Shown here in pieces: positions 25,586 to 39,180 of a stretch of DNA of 64,000 nt. Source of the stretch: Octopus vulgaris (lineage: Eukaryota); assembly GCA_951406725.2 (NCBI GenBank), contig OX597823.1, positions 31,744,001-31,808,000 on the forward strand, given 5' to 3'. Made by a program: the position numbers and the translations under genes. The number at the start of each line of letters is the position of its first letter. Position 1 is the first letter of the stretch. A model generated the notes under the pieces. The model made no database searches, was not told where the DNA came from, and saw nothing but the letters and a program-made list of their open reading frames with translations.

Positions 25586-25886
25586 TGGAGGCACATGGCC
25601 TAGTGGTTAGAGCAGCGAACTCGCAGTCGAGGGATCGCGGGTTCGAATCTCAGACCGGGCGGTGCGTGTGTTTATGAGCGAAACACCTAAGCTCCACGAA
25701 GCTCCTGCAGAAGGTAATGGCGAACTTCTGCTGACTCTTTCGCCACAACTTTCTCTCACTCTTCCCTCCTGCATCTTGCAGGTCACCTGCGACAGACCAG
25801 CGTCCCGTCCAGGTGGGGAACCTATACGCCATGGAAACCGGGAAGCCGGCCCTTATGAGCCAGGCATGGCTCGAGAAGGAACAAAC
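25586..25886 (+). mobile_element. tRNA-derived SINE family C variant
   Basis: GGAGGCACATGGCCTAGTGGTTAGAGC A box and GGGTTCGAATCTC B box. The 3' part matches the reverse complement of 56990-57090. Confidence 0.85.
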
Positions 25887-25914
25887 AAAAACAGAGACCA
25901 TAGATATCTATAAT

Positions 25915-26930
25915 CTGCGCGATCGACTTACGATGAGGCTCACGGACCAAGAAAGGCTGCAGGGGCTAGATTAGCTCGCTAATCAAGTAGCAATAGACGG
26001 GGGATAATTGTCAACAACTGGTGGTGAGGCGCCTTGAAGAGGGCGATTAAATACGAGTCGATAACCTTTATTAAAAAGCTAGTCAGAGAGAGAAACTGAT
26101 TAAAACAAATTAGATGAGACGATTAGCAAAAGCATGGATATCGACGAACTAGCAGTAAGAATGGCAGTTGATCATTTCTTTACCGTAAAACATAAATGCT
26201 ATGTTGTCATAGTTAGTGCTCATGCGTGAAAACATGAGTGAACAAAAGCAGTTTGAGAGGCTCGACCGGTGGAGGTGTAACATAGGAATAAATCCACAAT
26301 TCGGCCTTCTACAGACCGGTTACATACTATTCAGTTCCAAGACGATATTTACGTCTTACCGGCAACACTTGGTTCGATTTTTCGGAGCGCTAGGTCAGCA
26401 ACGGTCAAGGAATTTAGTGCTTCCTATCTCGACGGTATACAACAGCTCTCGACTGAAGACGTGGGGTATTGCCAAAGATCAATAATAGTAGCTGGGAAAC
26501 ACGAAGTAATGACTGGTTGCACAAAGGACAATTCTCCTGGTTTTTTATGAGCGACCTCATCCGTTTTATGGTTATATGCCAGACTTGTTTGATGAACGTA
26601 TACCGCAACTGGCAGTAGAACAGGAGAATTCTGTTCTGTGAGTGGGAGGAAGTTAACGTTGCTGAGAAAGGACGCAAATAAAGCGGGCATCGTAGATAAT
26701 TTCCAACTCTAACCCAGCTAATAGCAGAATTAAAAGGCTTTCGTCCAGGTGTTAGCAAAGAGATTGGGGTTTGTCGCAAGCGTTTTGGTCGAGAAAGCGC
26801 CAACATATGCGTCTGCAGATTCACTTATGGTAACTGCCACCTCAAACAATATATCATAGAGCGGTTGAGAAATAAACCAGGCCCTAGTGGGGCCCTGACC
26901 ATTTTGTTGATCAAATAAAGAAATCCTCAT
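25915..26930 (+). pseudogene. Decayed Tx1/L1-clade non-LTR retrotransposon ORF2 fragment (pre-RT region and RT start)
   Basis: Frame-shifted translation of about 26535-26920 gives NSPG..FYGYMPDLFD..LTLLRKDANKAGIVDNF..VLAKRLGFVASVLVEKA..NCHLKQYIIER..GAL. This matches the KSPG/YRPISLLN/LAxRL/DN motif order of L1/Tx1 reverse transcriptases. Confidence 0.8.
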
Positions 26931-27246
26931 CGTTGACGGAGGACGACCACCATCACCACCATTATCACCACCATTATCGGTATGGTTGTTTGTATGTTTA
27001 TAATTTTTTATGTTTGTGGTGTTTATCTGCAGACTTAATTTTACAGATTAAGCCAGAAATTTCATTCTGGAACTGTAAGAGGTTCTCGGTTATTTCAACC
27101 CGTTTCGAATTGTACCGATTTAAGTTGTTTAATTTAATGAAGCCAAGTTAATTTTTATGTGGGAGATGTGACTTACCTTGTTAAATTTAACGATATTAGA
27201 TAAATATGTTGCGCGCACACACACACACACATACATACAAAACACG

Positions 27247-27433
27247 TTTAGTGTTGAGTGTCGGGAGAAAGAGTACACGACATCATAGATGAGATTCAAT
27301 TTTTATTTTGGTTGAGTAAGTTTCTTGCTACTCTGAGTTTTGCCTGTGGCTGCAGAGGATCTTCGGGCAAATTATGATTCTTTGCATCCACAGACAAAAC
27401 TCACAGCAACAACAGACTAAGTCGATCAAAATC
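27247..27433. mobile_element. HH family 5 head-to-head inverted pair with degenerate hammerheads
   Basis: Minus strand 27325-27370 reads TTGC-CCGAAGA-TCCTCTGCAGCCACAGGC-AAAAC-TCAGA-GTA-GCAA. A truncated inverted partner occupies 27372-27433. Confidence 0.6.
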
Positions 27434-27455
27434 ATGTGTGTGTGTGTATGCGTAT

Positions 27456-28246
27456 GTGGCAAGTAGCTTGCTTACCAACCACATGGTTCCGGGTTCATTC
27501 CTACTGCGTGGCACCTTGGGCAAGTGTCTTCTACTATAGCCTCGGGCTGACCAAAGCCTTGTGAGTGGATTTGGTAGACGGAAACTGAAAGAAATCCGTC
27601 GTATATATGTATATATGTGTATGTATGTGTGTGTTTATGTTTGCATGTCTGTGTTTGTCCCCCACCAACATCGCTTGACAACCGATGCTGGTGTGTTTAC
27701 GATCCCGTAACTTAGAGGTTCGGCAAAAGAGACCGATAGAATAAGTACTAGGCTTACAAAGAATAAGTCCTGGGGTCGATTTGCTCGACTGAAGGCGGTG
27801 CTCCAGCATGGCCGCAGTCAAATGACTGAAACAAGTAAAAGTGTATATATGTATGTATATATAAAAATGGAACAAAACGCAACATATATATATATGTATA
27901 TATTTCTTTTATTCTTTTACTTGTTTGTGGCCATGCTGGAGCACCACTTTAAGGGTTTTAGTCGAACAAACAACCTGATGACTTATTCTTTGAAAGCCAA
28001 ATACTTATTCTATCAGTCACTTTTGCTGAGCCGCTAAGTTACGGAGACATAAACACATCCACATCAGTTGTCAAGCGATGGTGGGGCGGGGGAGGGGGTA
28101 AACACAGCTACCAAATCCACACACAAGGCTTTGGTCGGCCCGAGGCTATAGAGGAAGACATTTGCCCAAAGTGCCACGCAGTGGGACTGAACCCGGATCC
28201 ATGTCGTTGAGAAGCAAGCTTCTTACCACGCAACTACACCTGCGCC
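27456..28246. mobile_element. Inverted family-A SINE pair (27456-27840 plus, 27916-28246 minus)
   Basis: Two family-A copies arranged tail-to-tail about 75 bp apart. Confidence 0.9.
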
Positions 28247-28497
28247 TTTACTGGGTTGGCCAAAAGTCACCTGACAGTAAATCAATATCATTTAATTCCA
28301 GGATTATTTCTGTTTAACAAATGAATGAATTTAATAAAAGCATCTAAATATGAAACATCATGAAAACTGTTCAAACTGAAGTCCTTGAGCGACACCATTT
28401 TTCCAAATGAATAAATATTGAATATCAAGTATTTATGGAATTTTGATATGAATGTGTGTGTGTGTGTGTGTATGTGTATGTATATATATATATATAA

Positions 28498-28633
28498 GGC
28501 GAGCTGGCAGAAACGTTAGCACGCCGGGCGAAATGCGTAGCCGTTACGCACTGGGGTCGATGTAATCGACTTAATCCGCTTGTCTGTCCTTGTTTGTCCC
28601 TTCTGTGTTTAGCCCCTTGTGGGCAGTAAAGAA
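28498..28633 (+). mobile_element. Internally deleted SINE family B
   Basis: Family-B head joined to the tail also seen at 44200-44272. Confidence 0.8.
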
Positions 28634-28672
<39 letters not shown>

Positions 28673-28674
<2 letters not shown>

Positions 28675-28850
28675 CTCGAAATACGAGAGTAAAAAACAGC
28701 TAACAACTGATGAAGGGTCGTTTTTTATGTTGTTTGTCTTGTTTTCCATTTGTGTCTTTCGTTGTTCGAAAAAATAGTTCATATTCCAGGTACTCGTCCT
28801 TCGTAATTTTTGTTGTACACTTTTCATGACGTCCTGTGCCCATATATGCA
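28673..28850 (+). mobile_element. (TA)n-embedded repeat family 3 fragment containing CTGATGA
   Basis: Homologous to the reverse complement of 48000-48170, with CTGATGA at 28707-28713. Confidence 0.7.
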
Positions 28851-30387
28851 TATATACGTATAGGTGTAAGTATGTACATATACGTTTGTGCATGTGTGTA
28901 TATATATAATTATAATATGATTGGACGCCACGCATCCTCTTCCAAATATATATATTTATATAAATGGAACAAAAACGCAATAGAGGGCATTAAAATGTTC
29001 GGACAGATAGACGATACGTTGGCGAACAAGAGAAACAACAATTAGAAGGACAGGCAAAAAAAGACGGGTCGATGGAGAATGAGATAGCGAGAGTATTTTT
29101 GAAATGTTATCTACGTTAAAAACAACCATTGGGGGTTTTTTTGTAGCTGCTTTTGGTTATTGTAAACAGTTTTAGGAATTTGAAATGAGCCATGTTACCC
29201 ACAGCAGACCACAAATTAAACCATTATACCGAATACAACAACAACACTTTCGTTTCCTTTTGCTAAGACATCAGCTGATAACATCAAACACATTCAGCTG
29301 TGTCTTTGCCGCATTCATATAACACCGCCACACCTTCATTCAAATTAATGTTGCTGGGTCTAAATATAGCCGACGGCACCACGCCGTCGAGACACACTTG
29401 ACAACTGGGGAATTCTCTAGGTAAAAATAGCAGCCAAAACTCTCTCAAAGCAACACTGCATATCTTCAGGAAAGGAGGACATTGCTTAACCGTTTGTTTG
29501 GTCTAAGGAGGTTTTCTGCACATATAGAAATAACAGTCACGACTGGAAAATTTCATACCACAAATTTGCTTAATCAGAGCTGGCCTGAGATTAAAACTTA
29601 CACTTGCCAATGGCTTGTGGGGGGGGGGGGGGGGCTCTAAGTATTCCTCAGATTTGCTAGAAATAGAATCCAAATTTCCCATTGTCTCAAGATGGAGTCT
29701 TAAGTGGTGACTATATCTGCTAAAAATTGCAGCCAAATCTCTCTATCGTCTAAAAAATAAGAGGCTTCTGCGTGGTAACCAGCTCTTTAAAAAAATGGTA
29801 ACTAGATCTGCTAGAAATAGCAGCCAAATATTCCTACCGTGTTTTTAAGGTGGGGGGGGCATGTTAGATAATGTTAGCCGTAGATTACTCCTGGAATGTC
29901 TTTGATGATCATAATGTTTTGTTTTATCTAGGGGTTTGAGGCAATGGCGACGACGTAACAACGACCACACATAATAATAGTTCATCTAACACCCAGCCAG
30001 CCACCCCCTAACAATACAATAAAAACGCCATCAAAACTACAAAACTCCTGCCTCCAATGCAATGTTATTATTATTAAATGACAAATCTACCCCCCAGCCT
30101 CCCACCAACCTCTTTCCTTCTCCCATCTTCAGCAAAAGGTTGAACGAGTGCACTTCTCTGCATCTCTTTGATCTAATAATTTGGAAAACAGCATTTTACA
30201 CAGTAGCTGTCGTCGTCATCACCGCAAGCACCGCCACCACCACTACCACCACCATCACCACCACCACTACTACGATTACTGTAACTGCTACCGACACCGC
30301 TACCCGTCTGCCACCTCCGCAGTTGTTATTTATTTACTTGTTAAAACCACGAGAAGAGAACAAAAAGAGAAACAGATTACAGAATGT

Positions 30388-30418
<31 letters not shown>

Positions 30419-30459
30419 CACACACGTGTGAGTGCGTCGGTGCATTATGATTATATATA

Positions 30460-30506
<47 letters not shown>

Positions 30507-30699
30507 TGCACATGTATGTATGTATGTGAATGCGTAAAAAAAAAAGGAAACAAAGAGAAAGTGAGAAAAATATGACAGAAATGTCTGGAAAGAATGAATA
30601 CAAGAGAGATGGAAACCCGAGTAGATTAGAGACAGTTTGTGCGCGCGAGCGCGCGTGGATAGATATGGAGAGAGACAGACAGATAGATGGATATAGAAA

Positions 30700-30932
<233 letters not shown>

Positions 30933-32013
30933 TAGAGGGCGAAACCGATAGCTTGCCAACTTGATAGACAATAATAGAGACAGGTGAAAAGACAAAGATG
31001 GACAGACAGTATGTATATATATATATATATATATATATAGGGGAGAGTATGGTGGAAGAGATCTAATGATTATATATATATATATAATATATAGGGAGAC
31101 AGATTTATAAGGTAGATGAAGAGAGAGATAGAGAGTGGTCTCCAGAAAGATTGTCACATCAACAGATCAAATTGATGTAGTTGTTACAGCATCATGTTGT
31201 GTAGTGACAGCGGTAGTGGTGGTGGTGGTAGAAAGGGCACTAAGGGCACATGATGGGGGTTGGTGGTTGCGATGGCAGAGATATAGTTAATGGTGTGTGT
31301 GGGGGTGGAGGGGGAAGAGGTAAAGGAGGAGGAGGAGGTGATGGTAGGAAAGGGCAATGAGGGCAGTGATAAGTAAGGGGGTGGGGAGGTTGTAGTGGAG
31401 CGAGAGAGGGCAATAAGGTCAGTGAAGATAGAGAGAGAGAATGAGTGGGGAGAGAGAGAGAGAGGATGAGTGGGGAGAGAGAGAGGATGAGTGGGGGAGA
31501 GGGAAAAGAGGATGAGTGACGATAAATAAGTCAAGAGGTGGAGCATGTGGGGAGAGAGAGAGATAGAGAGAGAGGAGATAGTAAAATGAGATTGATGTGA
31601 AGAACGAAATACATGAAGATAGAGAGAAGACAACAATAGAAAAGAGGAGAGTGAGAGAGAGAGAGAGACAAAAGAGAAAGACATATAGATATATGTGCAC
31701 GTGAGAGGAGAAGGAGGAGACTGTGCGGAGGAGGGGGGGGGAGAAGAACAGATAGTTTAACAGCTAAAAAGCGAGATAGACAGTCACGAAAGAGAGGAGG
31801 AGGAAGAAGATGCCGCTGAATCAGAGATAGAGAGAGAGAGAGAGACAGAAGGGGGGTGAGTAGGAGGAGAAATGGGAGGAGTAAGCGAGGAAGAAAGCAC
31901 TCAGTAACCTGAGCAGTTATTGATCTTTTCCAGGATTTGCACTTGACCCAGGTTACTACTGCGACTACTACTACCACTATAGTAACAGCACCCCCCCACT
32001 CTATCATACTTAC

Positions 32014-32046
32014 CTTCATTTCTCTCTCTCTCTCATACACTATCTG

Positions 32047-32077
<31 letters not shown>

Positions 32078-32470
32078 CTATTTATCTGTCTCTCTCTTTC
32101 TTTCTTGTTAGCTCATTCGTTCGTTCGTTTTGCTTTGCTTTGCTCGTTTGCTTTATCATCTCTTTTCTACCTTAGCAGTGCAGCTGATGATATTGCTGCC
32201 CCTGCTGCTGCTGCTGATGATGATTACTTCTCTGTTCTTGTTGTTGCTATAGTGCCGTTAATTAATATGCACCGATTAACCCCGGCCGAGTGCAGTACTC
32301 TCTCTCTCTCTCTATCTCTCCCTCTCTCTCGCTTATTAGATATGTGTCTGTCTACTTCTCTCTCTCTGTTTCTTTCTTTCTTTCTCTGTATTGTAGCTGT
32401 CTAAAATCAGACATAACCGACTCAGCAACTTCTGATTGGCTGCGCAGGGAGGCAGAGTCATTCGGTGCAC
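32014..32470 (-). promoter_or_regulatory. Candidate promoter and first exon ending ATG AAG | GTAAGT
   Basis: On the minus strand: CCAAT box at 32435-32439, a perfect donor AAG|GTAAGT with the intron starting at 32013, and ATG at 32019-32017. Confidence 0.45.
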
Positions 32471-32683
32471 ACGCACAGAAATAAATATCAACAACAACAA
32501 CGACGACGACGATGATAATGGTGATGATACATATTACAACAAAAACGAAATAGGGGGAAAAATGACATAAAAACGAACAATAAATGAAATACAAAAAAAA
32601 AATAACAATTTTACCCCCAACATTAAAAAATAGCCAAAGACGCTAATAATAACATAATTATTCATGTACTAATGGGTGTTCGT

Positions 32684-32726
<43 letters not shown>

Positions 32727-32875
32727 TGTGTGTGTGTGTATGTATGTATATACGTGAAGACACGCACATAATTCTGTCTACCTACCTACCTATATACACC
32801 TATATACACACATACATGTATTATAAATGTGTGTGTGTACGTGTATAGATATACACACACACACTATATATACAC

Positions 32876-32945
<70 letters not shown>

Positions 32946-33394
32946 CCTGGCTAACCGATCTGTCCAGCGACGATCCTTGCAACACAAGTAGTCCGTGAAA
33001 TTACATTCCGTTGCCCGTAAAATCCAAAGCTGATACCCCGGAAAATTCAAAGAATAATAGGAGAGAAAACACAAATCTCCATTCTTTTGAACGCTATAAT
33101 ATATGTGGTTGTTTGTATATATTTACCTGTATATTTTACATACGAGGGAGCGTTGATGTAATGTCTGTTATATACGTTGTAAGAGTACGAAACAACTGTA
33201 AACGAATGAAATAAATGTCTGTTCTCTCACCTCACTTATCTGTTTTACATAGGTAGGTAGGTAGGTAGGTAGATAGATAGGCAGACAGACAGAGATGGGG
33301 TGGATGGATAGATAGAGAGGGGAGATGGATGGATAGATAGAGAGGGGAGATGGATGGATAGACAGATAGACAGACAGACAGACAGGTAAGTAAG

Positions 33395-33482
<88 letters not shown>

Positions 33483-33778
33483 TATATGAAGTGTTTCGAC
33501 GCAACTAGCTGGACTGAATAAAGGAGAAATCAGTGTGTATAGGGCCAAAGTGAATTGAAGTAAGTTTTGTTAAAGAAGGGGACAAGTAAAGCCTGGTATA
33601 TTTTGCTTAAGCCATGGGGGAAGATGGTCAATAAAAGCCCCTGAAAAAGAGGCTAAAAAGGAAGAAGGATAAAAGAAACTGGATTGATGACATCATGGAG
33701 ATGACAAGATTGGAAATGCAATAATTAACAAGAGCAACAGAATAATAAAAATAATAATAATAATAATAATTATAATTA

Positions 33779-34125
33779 TTTCTACTAAAGGCACAAAGCC
33801 TGAAATTTTGGGGGAGGGGATTAGACAATTACATCAACCCCTGAAAGGATGAAAGGCAAAGTTGACCTCGTGGAATTTGAACTCAGAACGTAGTGGCAGA
33901 TGAAATACTGCTGTTTTGCCCAGCATGCTAACAATTCTGCCAACTCACCACAATAATAATAATAATAATAATAATAATGATGATGGTTTCAAATTTTGCT
34001 ACAAGGGCAGCCATTTTGGAGGAGGGGTGTGTCGATTACATCGATCCCAGTGTTCAACTGGTACTTATTTTATAGACCCTGAAAGGATGAAAGGCAAAGT
34101 TAATCTCAGTGGAATTTGAACTCAG
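33779..34125 (-). mobile_element. Two partial SINE family B copies
   Basis: GAAAGGATGAAAGGCAAAGT...GGAATTTGAACTCAGAA occurs twice. Confidence 0.8.
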
Positions 34126-34774
34126 AAACATGAATAACAAGAGAGATGAACCGAGAACCATGTGGTTGGTAAGCAAGCTACTTACCAAACAGCCACTCCT
34201 GCACCTATATAGATAACAAAAAAAAACCTTGTATTTTAAACAGAACTCTAAGTTTACATGTCAGTGGTTGTTGATTAGATTTGAGCTTAACGGACTTTCT
34301 CATTATGGACATACATCCATAACAGGCTTGATAACATTTTCCATGGGCCCCCAGACAACTACCTATTTTATTTTCTATGACAAAGCACACACTTTGGTCA
34401 AGATTTACACCAACAGAAGCTTCACCATTATGCAGTCATCTAAAATGAATCTTCAGCTCAGCAGTAGATTAGCACAACTTTAAAAGATAAAAAGTCCTCC
34501 AGCTCCTCTGATATCATTGGAACTGTATGTTCCTCAGCATCCCATATTGGTTTCCCAATATATGATCATTCATGTGAGCAGAGTGTTCATGCAGGAATAT
34601 TTCTGGACTCTCTATCATTCAGAGCTTCCACATACTGCAGTTTTCTGGCATGATGTTTCAATGACTATAATCTCAAAACTGCAGGCTATTTTTCCTCACA
34701 GACTACCATTCCCTTTTCATCAGTGCAGGATGCTCCCAATGAACAGTACTGATGTTCAAAGACTTAAGGTTGTA

Positions 34775-34871
34775 TGCGCGGCACATTGGACAAGTGTCTT
34801 CTACTATAGCCTTGGGCTGACCAAAGCCTTGTGAGTGGATTTGGTAGATGGAAACTGAAAGAAGCCCATCG

Positions 34872-34918
<47 letters not shown>

Positions 34919-35090
34919 ATCTGTGTTTGCCCCTCAACATCGCTTGACAACCGTTGATGGTGTGTTTGCATCCCCAGTTCGGCCCAATAGAATAAGTACT
35001 AAGAATAAGTCCTGGGGTCGATTTACTCAACTAAAAGTGGTGCTCCAGCATAGCCACAGTCAAATGACTGAAACAAATAAAAGAATAAAA
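34775..35090 (+). mobile_element. SINE family A
   Basis: Family-A body and tail, CpG-decayed. Confidence 0.85.
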
Positions 35091-35931
35091 GAAAATATAT
35101 GTGTATGTATACAAGACATGCCAAGTTAAGTAAATGTGTGGTTGCCCTTGCATACAGGCTCATCCCTTGCAGCCCTCTCCAGCTGAGCATCCCTAATCTT
35201 GAGGGCTCATAAACACTGGTGCCACATAAAAAGAGCCGTGAAAGCACTCATTACACTCTGTAAAGTGGTTGGCATTAGGAAGGGCATCCAGGTGTAGAGA
35301 CCATGCCAAAACAGACAGGGAGCCTGTTAAACTGTTCAACCCATGCCAGTATGGAAAATGCACGTTGATGACGATGATGATATATAATATATATCTATAT
35401 CTATATATGCATATACATACGTACACAGACACACACACATATATATGCATATATATATACACAAATACATACATGTGTATGCGTGTGTGTGTGAAGAAAA
35501 CATACAAGCACACGTATATATCAGATATTTTGAAATGTTCATTATACGTCTACAAGCAGTAAAAGCTTTTAGCCATCACTGTGACATATAATTGACTCTG
35601 GTCAAATGTCTTTTTATAATTGATAGAAAAAGTAGGATACTAACCAGACTCTTATATGTATGTATACATGCAAACTTACATATATACACACACATGCACA
35701 GATATATACATACAAGTGAGAAGAGGTCATTCAAATTTTTTAGGTGAGCAATAACCGAAATTCACAGACTCCAACTGTAACGATCGACCCAACCCCATGA
35801 GAGCATAGAAAGCAGATATAATATGATAATGATGAAGGCACACATTATATACATCATCTTCATCATCATTTAACATTCGCTTTCCATGCTGGCATGGGTT
35901 GGACAGCTTGACAGGAACTGGCTAGACAAAA

Positions 35932-36125
35932 GGCGGCGAGCTGGCAGAAACGTTAGCACACTGGGCAAAATGCTTAGCGGTATTTCGTCTGTCTTTATGT
36001 TCTGAGTTCAAATTCCACCAAGGTCGACTTTGCCTTTCATTGTTTCAGGGTCGATAAATTAAGTAACAGTTGCGTATTAGCATCGAACTAATCAATTGGC
36101 ACCCCTCTGCCTGGAGTAGAAAAGA
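35932..36125 (+). mobile_element. SINE family B inserted into a family-D element
   Basis: Full family-B layout flanked by the direct repeat CTGGCTAGACAAAA at about 35918-35932 and 36128-36141. Confidence 0.88.
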
Positions 36126-36489
36126 AGCTGGCTAGACAAAAGAATGCACCAGGCTTCTGTCTGTTTTGACATGGTTTTTACAGCTGGATGCCCTTCTTAA
36201 CACTAACCACCCTGTGGAATGACTTTCTACATGGTACCAGCACAAGTGAGGTCAGTTTTGGCCAGGTTTTTACAGTTGGATGCCCTTCCAAACACCAACC
36301 ACTTTACATAGTAGACTGGATGCTTTTTTACATGGCGCCAGCACTGGCAGGGTCACCAAGTAACTTGCAAGACAAGGAATTTGAGAGGGGAGGGAGCACT
36401 GGAGGAGGTGATTTTTGCCAGGTGATGGAAGGTTATAGTGTGGATGAGAAGCAGAAATAGCTATATATTCATCATCTAGCTTAGTCTGT

Positions 36490-36735
36490 TGTTACAGTAG
36501 ACAAACTTGTCTACCACTTTCAGTACTGTTCCTTCAACAGATAGATGGTTTCACGTATGGGTTTCCTAGTACAGGCCAGAATATTGCAACAGTCTTGTCC
36601 AGACTAACGCTGAGTCCAAATGCCTTGCAGGATGTAGAAGTATGGTCCATGAGTATTTGTGTATCTTCAGGTGCATGAGCAATTATGTCGCAATCATCTA
36701 CATGAAGGAGGTCATGAATAAGAGACTGAAAATCT
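36490..36735 (-). pseudogene. Decayed RTE-clade (BovB-like) reverse transcriptase fragment
   Basis: LIHDLLHVDDCDIIAHAPEDTQILMD..SCKAFGLSVSLDKT..GNPYVKPSI..VLKVVDKFVY corresponds to the degenerate YADD and GLxIS..KT region of RTE reverse transcriptases. Confidence 0.85.
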
Positions 36736-36984
36736 TTCAAAATATGCACAATTAAATATACACACAACCACACATATATATAGAATTGCATACACATTAC
36801 ATATACACACCTATGCACACACACACACACACACACATATATATACACATATACAAATATATAGCATACTCACACCCATATATATTTGTATATATATATA
36901 TATATATATAAACGTGTGTGTATATATGTATATGTGTATGCGCGTGTGTGTATGTATATATATACACATACATACACACATATG

Positions 36985-37220
36985 GTTTATTATTAAAGCT
37001 GCCAGAACAATGAGAAACGACTGCTACTCAGAGTTTCACATTCCCATTCGTCGGACAACCACAACTGTCTGGCGAACGGGAACCTGAAACATTGGTAACA
37101 ATTTTGTGTGATGTTTTTGTAGCTTTAATAATAATAAAGCATAACACTCTACCTCCTGTAGTCAAGTACTATTTTTCCCCACCTTGTTTCACATTCATGT
37201 GCTTACTCTAGAATGTAAAC
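36985..37220. mobile_element. HH family 4 head-to-head inverted pair with two hammerhead motifs
   Basis: Minus 37020-37059 reads GTTGT-CCGACGA-ATG-GGAA-TGT-GAAAC-TCTGA-GTA-GCAGT. Plus 37064-37102 reads ACTGT-CTGGCGA-ACG-GGAA-CCT-GAAAC-ATTG-GTA-ACAAT. Both continue to AGCTTTAATAATAA. Confidence 0.7.
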
Positions 37221-37277
37221 ATGCATATATATAAATTAAATTATACTCCCTAATATTATATATATATACATACATAG

Positions 37278-37312
<35 letters not shown>

Positions 37313-37659
37313 TTAAATCAAATTAAACCTTATAAACACAAGTCCGAGATAGCAAAATGTAGGGAGCATATATAATGTACACATGCATTATGCTAAAAGG
37401 AACTGTATTAAGAGAGAAAACATCTTCAGAGAATGAATGAATGACGGTGATGATAAGAGGCATGAGTTTTAGTGTGGGGAGAAGAGGGAGGCGAAGTGGG
37501 GAGGAGGGGAATGTGAGGAACCATGGTATTGTCAATGGAAACAATGATTCAAGGGAAAGATCTGTCAGGTTTACTGCAGTTTATTAGAGATAATTGTGTA
37601 ACATGTAATGGTGAAGTTCAGAACAACATCAATAATAATAATAATAATAACAATATTTC

Positions 37660-37865
37660 CTTCTACTGGAAGTACAAGGCCTCAAATTTGGGGGAAGGGA
37701 GTAAGTCGATTGCATCAACCCCAGTGCGTAACTGGTGCTTATTTAATCGACCACGAAAAGATGAAAGGTAAAGTCAACCTTTGCAGAATTTGAATTCAGA
37801 ATGTAAAGATAGATCAAATACCGCCAAGCATTTTACCTGGCGTACTAACGTTTCTGCCAGCTCAC
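37660..37865 (-). mobile_element. SINE family B
   Basis: Reverse-complement family-B layout. Confidence 0.85.
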
Positions 37866-37869
37866 TGTC

Positions 37870-37902
<33 letters not shown>

Positions 37903-38001
37903 TTAAAATAGAATTAAAAATAAAAAGTAGAAGAGTGCCATAGTTATCATGTGAATTTATTTGAACGATATTTCGGCATCTATTATTATAATAATAATAT
38001 T

Positions 38002-38039
<38 letters not shown>

Positions 38040-38679
38040 TACACTGTCTTCCCAAATCAAGTATATAGTTGTATAGAATTACAGTAAATTTTTTTTCATC
38101 TTTACATGTGTTGTAGTGGATGTTATTTTTTATTGTTGTTGATGTTAGCCCCTGGTCAGCAGTATTTTAGACCTATGATCAAGGGTGTTCCAGCCATGAC
38201 CACCTCGTCTTTCTCTTTGAAATGCATCACTTATATAAGAGGGTAGAATGTGATTTGAAAGAGACCGTCTGTTATTTCAAACAGAGTGAGCAAATGTTTA
38301 GAGGTTCTCTTCATTGCAGGGGATGGTAGCGGAGATGGTGTACGGTGGTGTATATAATAATAGTAGTGGTGGTTGTGGTGGTGGTCATAATGGGGGTGGT
38401 GATGGTGATATGTTAGTGGAATGTGCCTGAAAAATAGTTATCACTACAGGTGTTGCCACCTGAAGATGCCTTACCCAGGGATATTCCAACAGAAGAATTG
38501 TCACCCTGCCAAAGTCAGTGGAGTTGATTCTTCAGATATGAGAATGTGTGTATGTATGTGTGTGTGTCTCAGTGTTGTTCTCCATGTGAAACAGCAACAA
38601 AAGGTTTTAGCTAAGAGCAAGCTAATACAGCCTAGCATTCACTGACCTTTGACAGGGACCGTGAGCTGCAATCTTGTGG

Positions 38680-39180
38680 TCAAGCAAAATTGGATGTCGA
38701 TGAATGGCTTTTGAGAGTCACGCCAAGTCATGTGGAAAGGTGGTCAGGAAGCTGAGAATTAGTGACGAGTTTAGCAAGGAATTCCATATGCAGGTAGGTG
38801 TCCAACACGACCTGGTTCTCAGTCCCCTCTACTGTTTATAACAGGATTTAGGACTGGCTGCCCACAGGAAATATTATAAACTTATGACCTAGTTCTTAGA
38901 GCTATTTCTGTCAGAGATTCAGAAAAAGAATTTGAAATATGAAAGTAAAACTTGAAATTGAGAGGTGCTGAAGTAACACTTGCAAAAATAGAAGTTTCGG
39001 TTCTCAGCAAAGTAATCAGGACCTGAATGCCATCTGGGGAATCAAAGTACAAAAACGGAATAAGTCAGAATTTCATGTGGTGTACTCGATATGAAGAACA
39101 ATTGCTCTAGAGACGTAGAAGGGTCACAAGTAGAGTGAGAAAGAAGATTTCAATTGCGGCAGATGTACAACTTAGCAATG
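38680..39180 (+). pseudogene. Decayed RTE-like LINE reverse transcriptase fragment
   Basis: Broken translation ..ISDEFSKEFHMQVGVQ..VLSPL..FRTGCP.E..DLVL.. matches the GVHQGSVLSP / YADDLVL region. Confidence 0.75.

Noticed and set aside
33500-33640. Strong minus-strand acceptor at about 33641 followed by a 36-codon frame
   Set aside because: The peptide is unrecognisable, no donor was found, and the pyrimidine tract is a by-product of purine-rich low complexity.
38452-38500. CTGAAGATGCC, resembling the start of a Penelope-type hammerhead
   Set aside because: There is no downstream GAAA or UH site.
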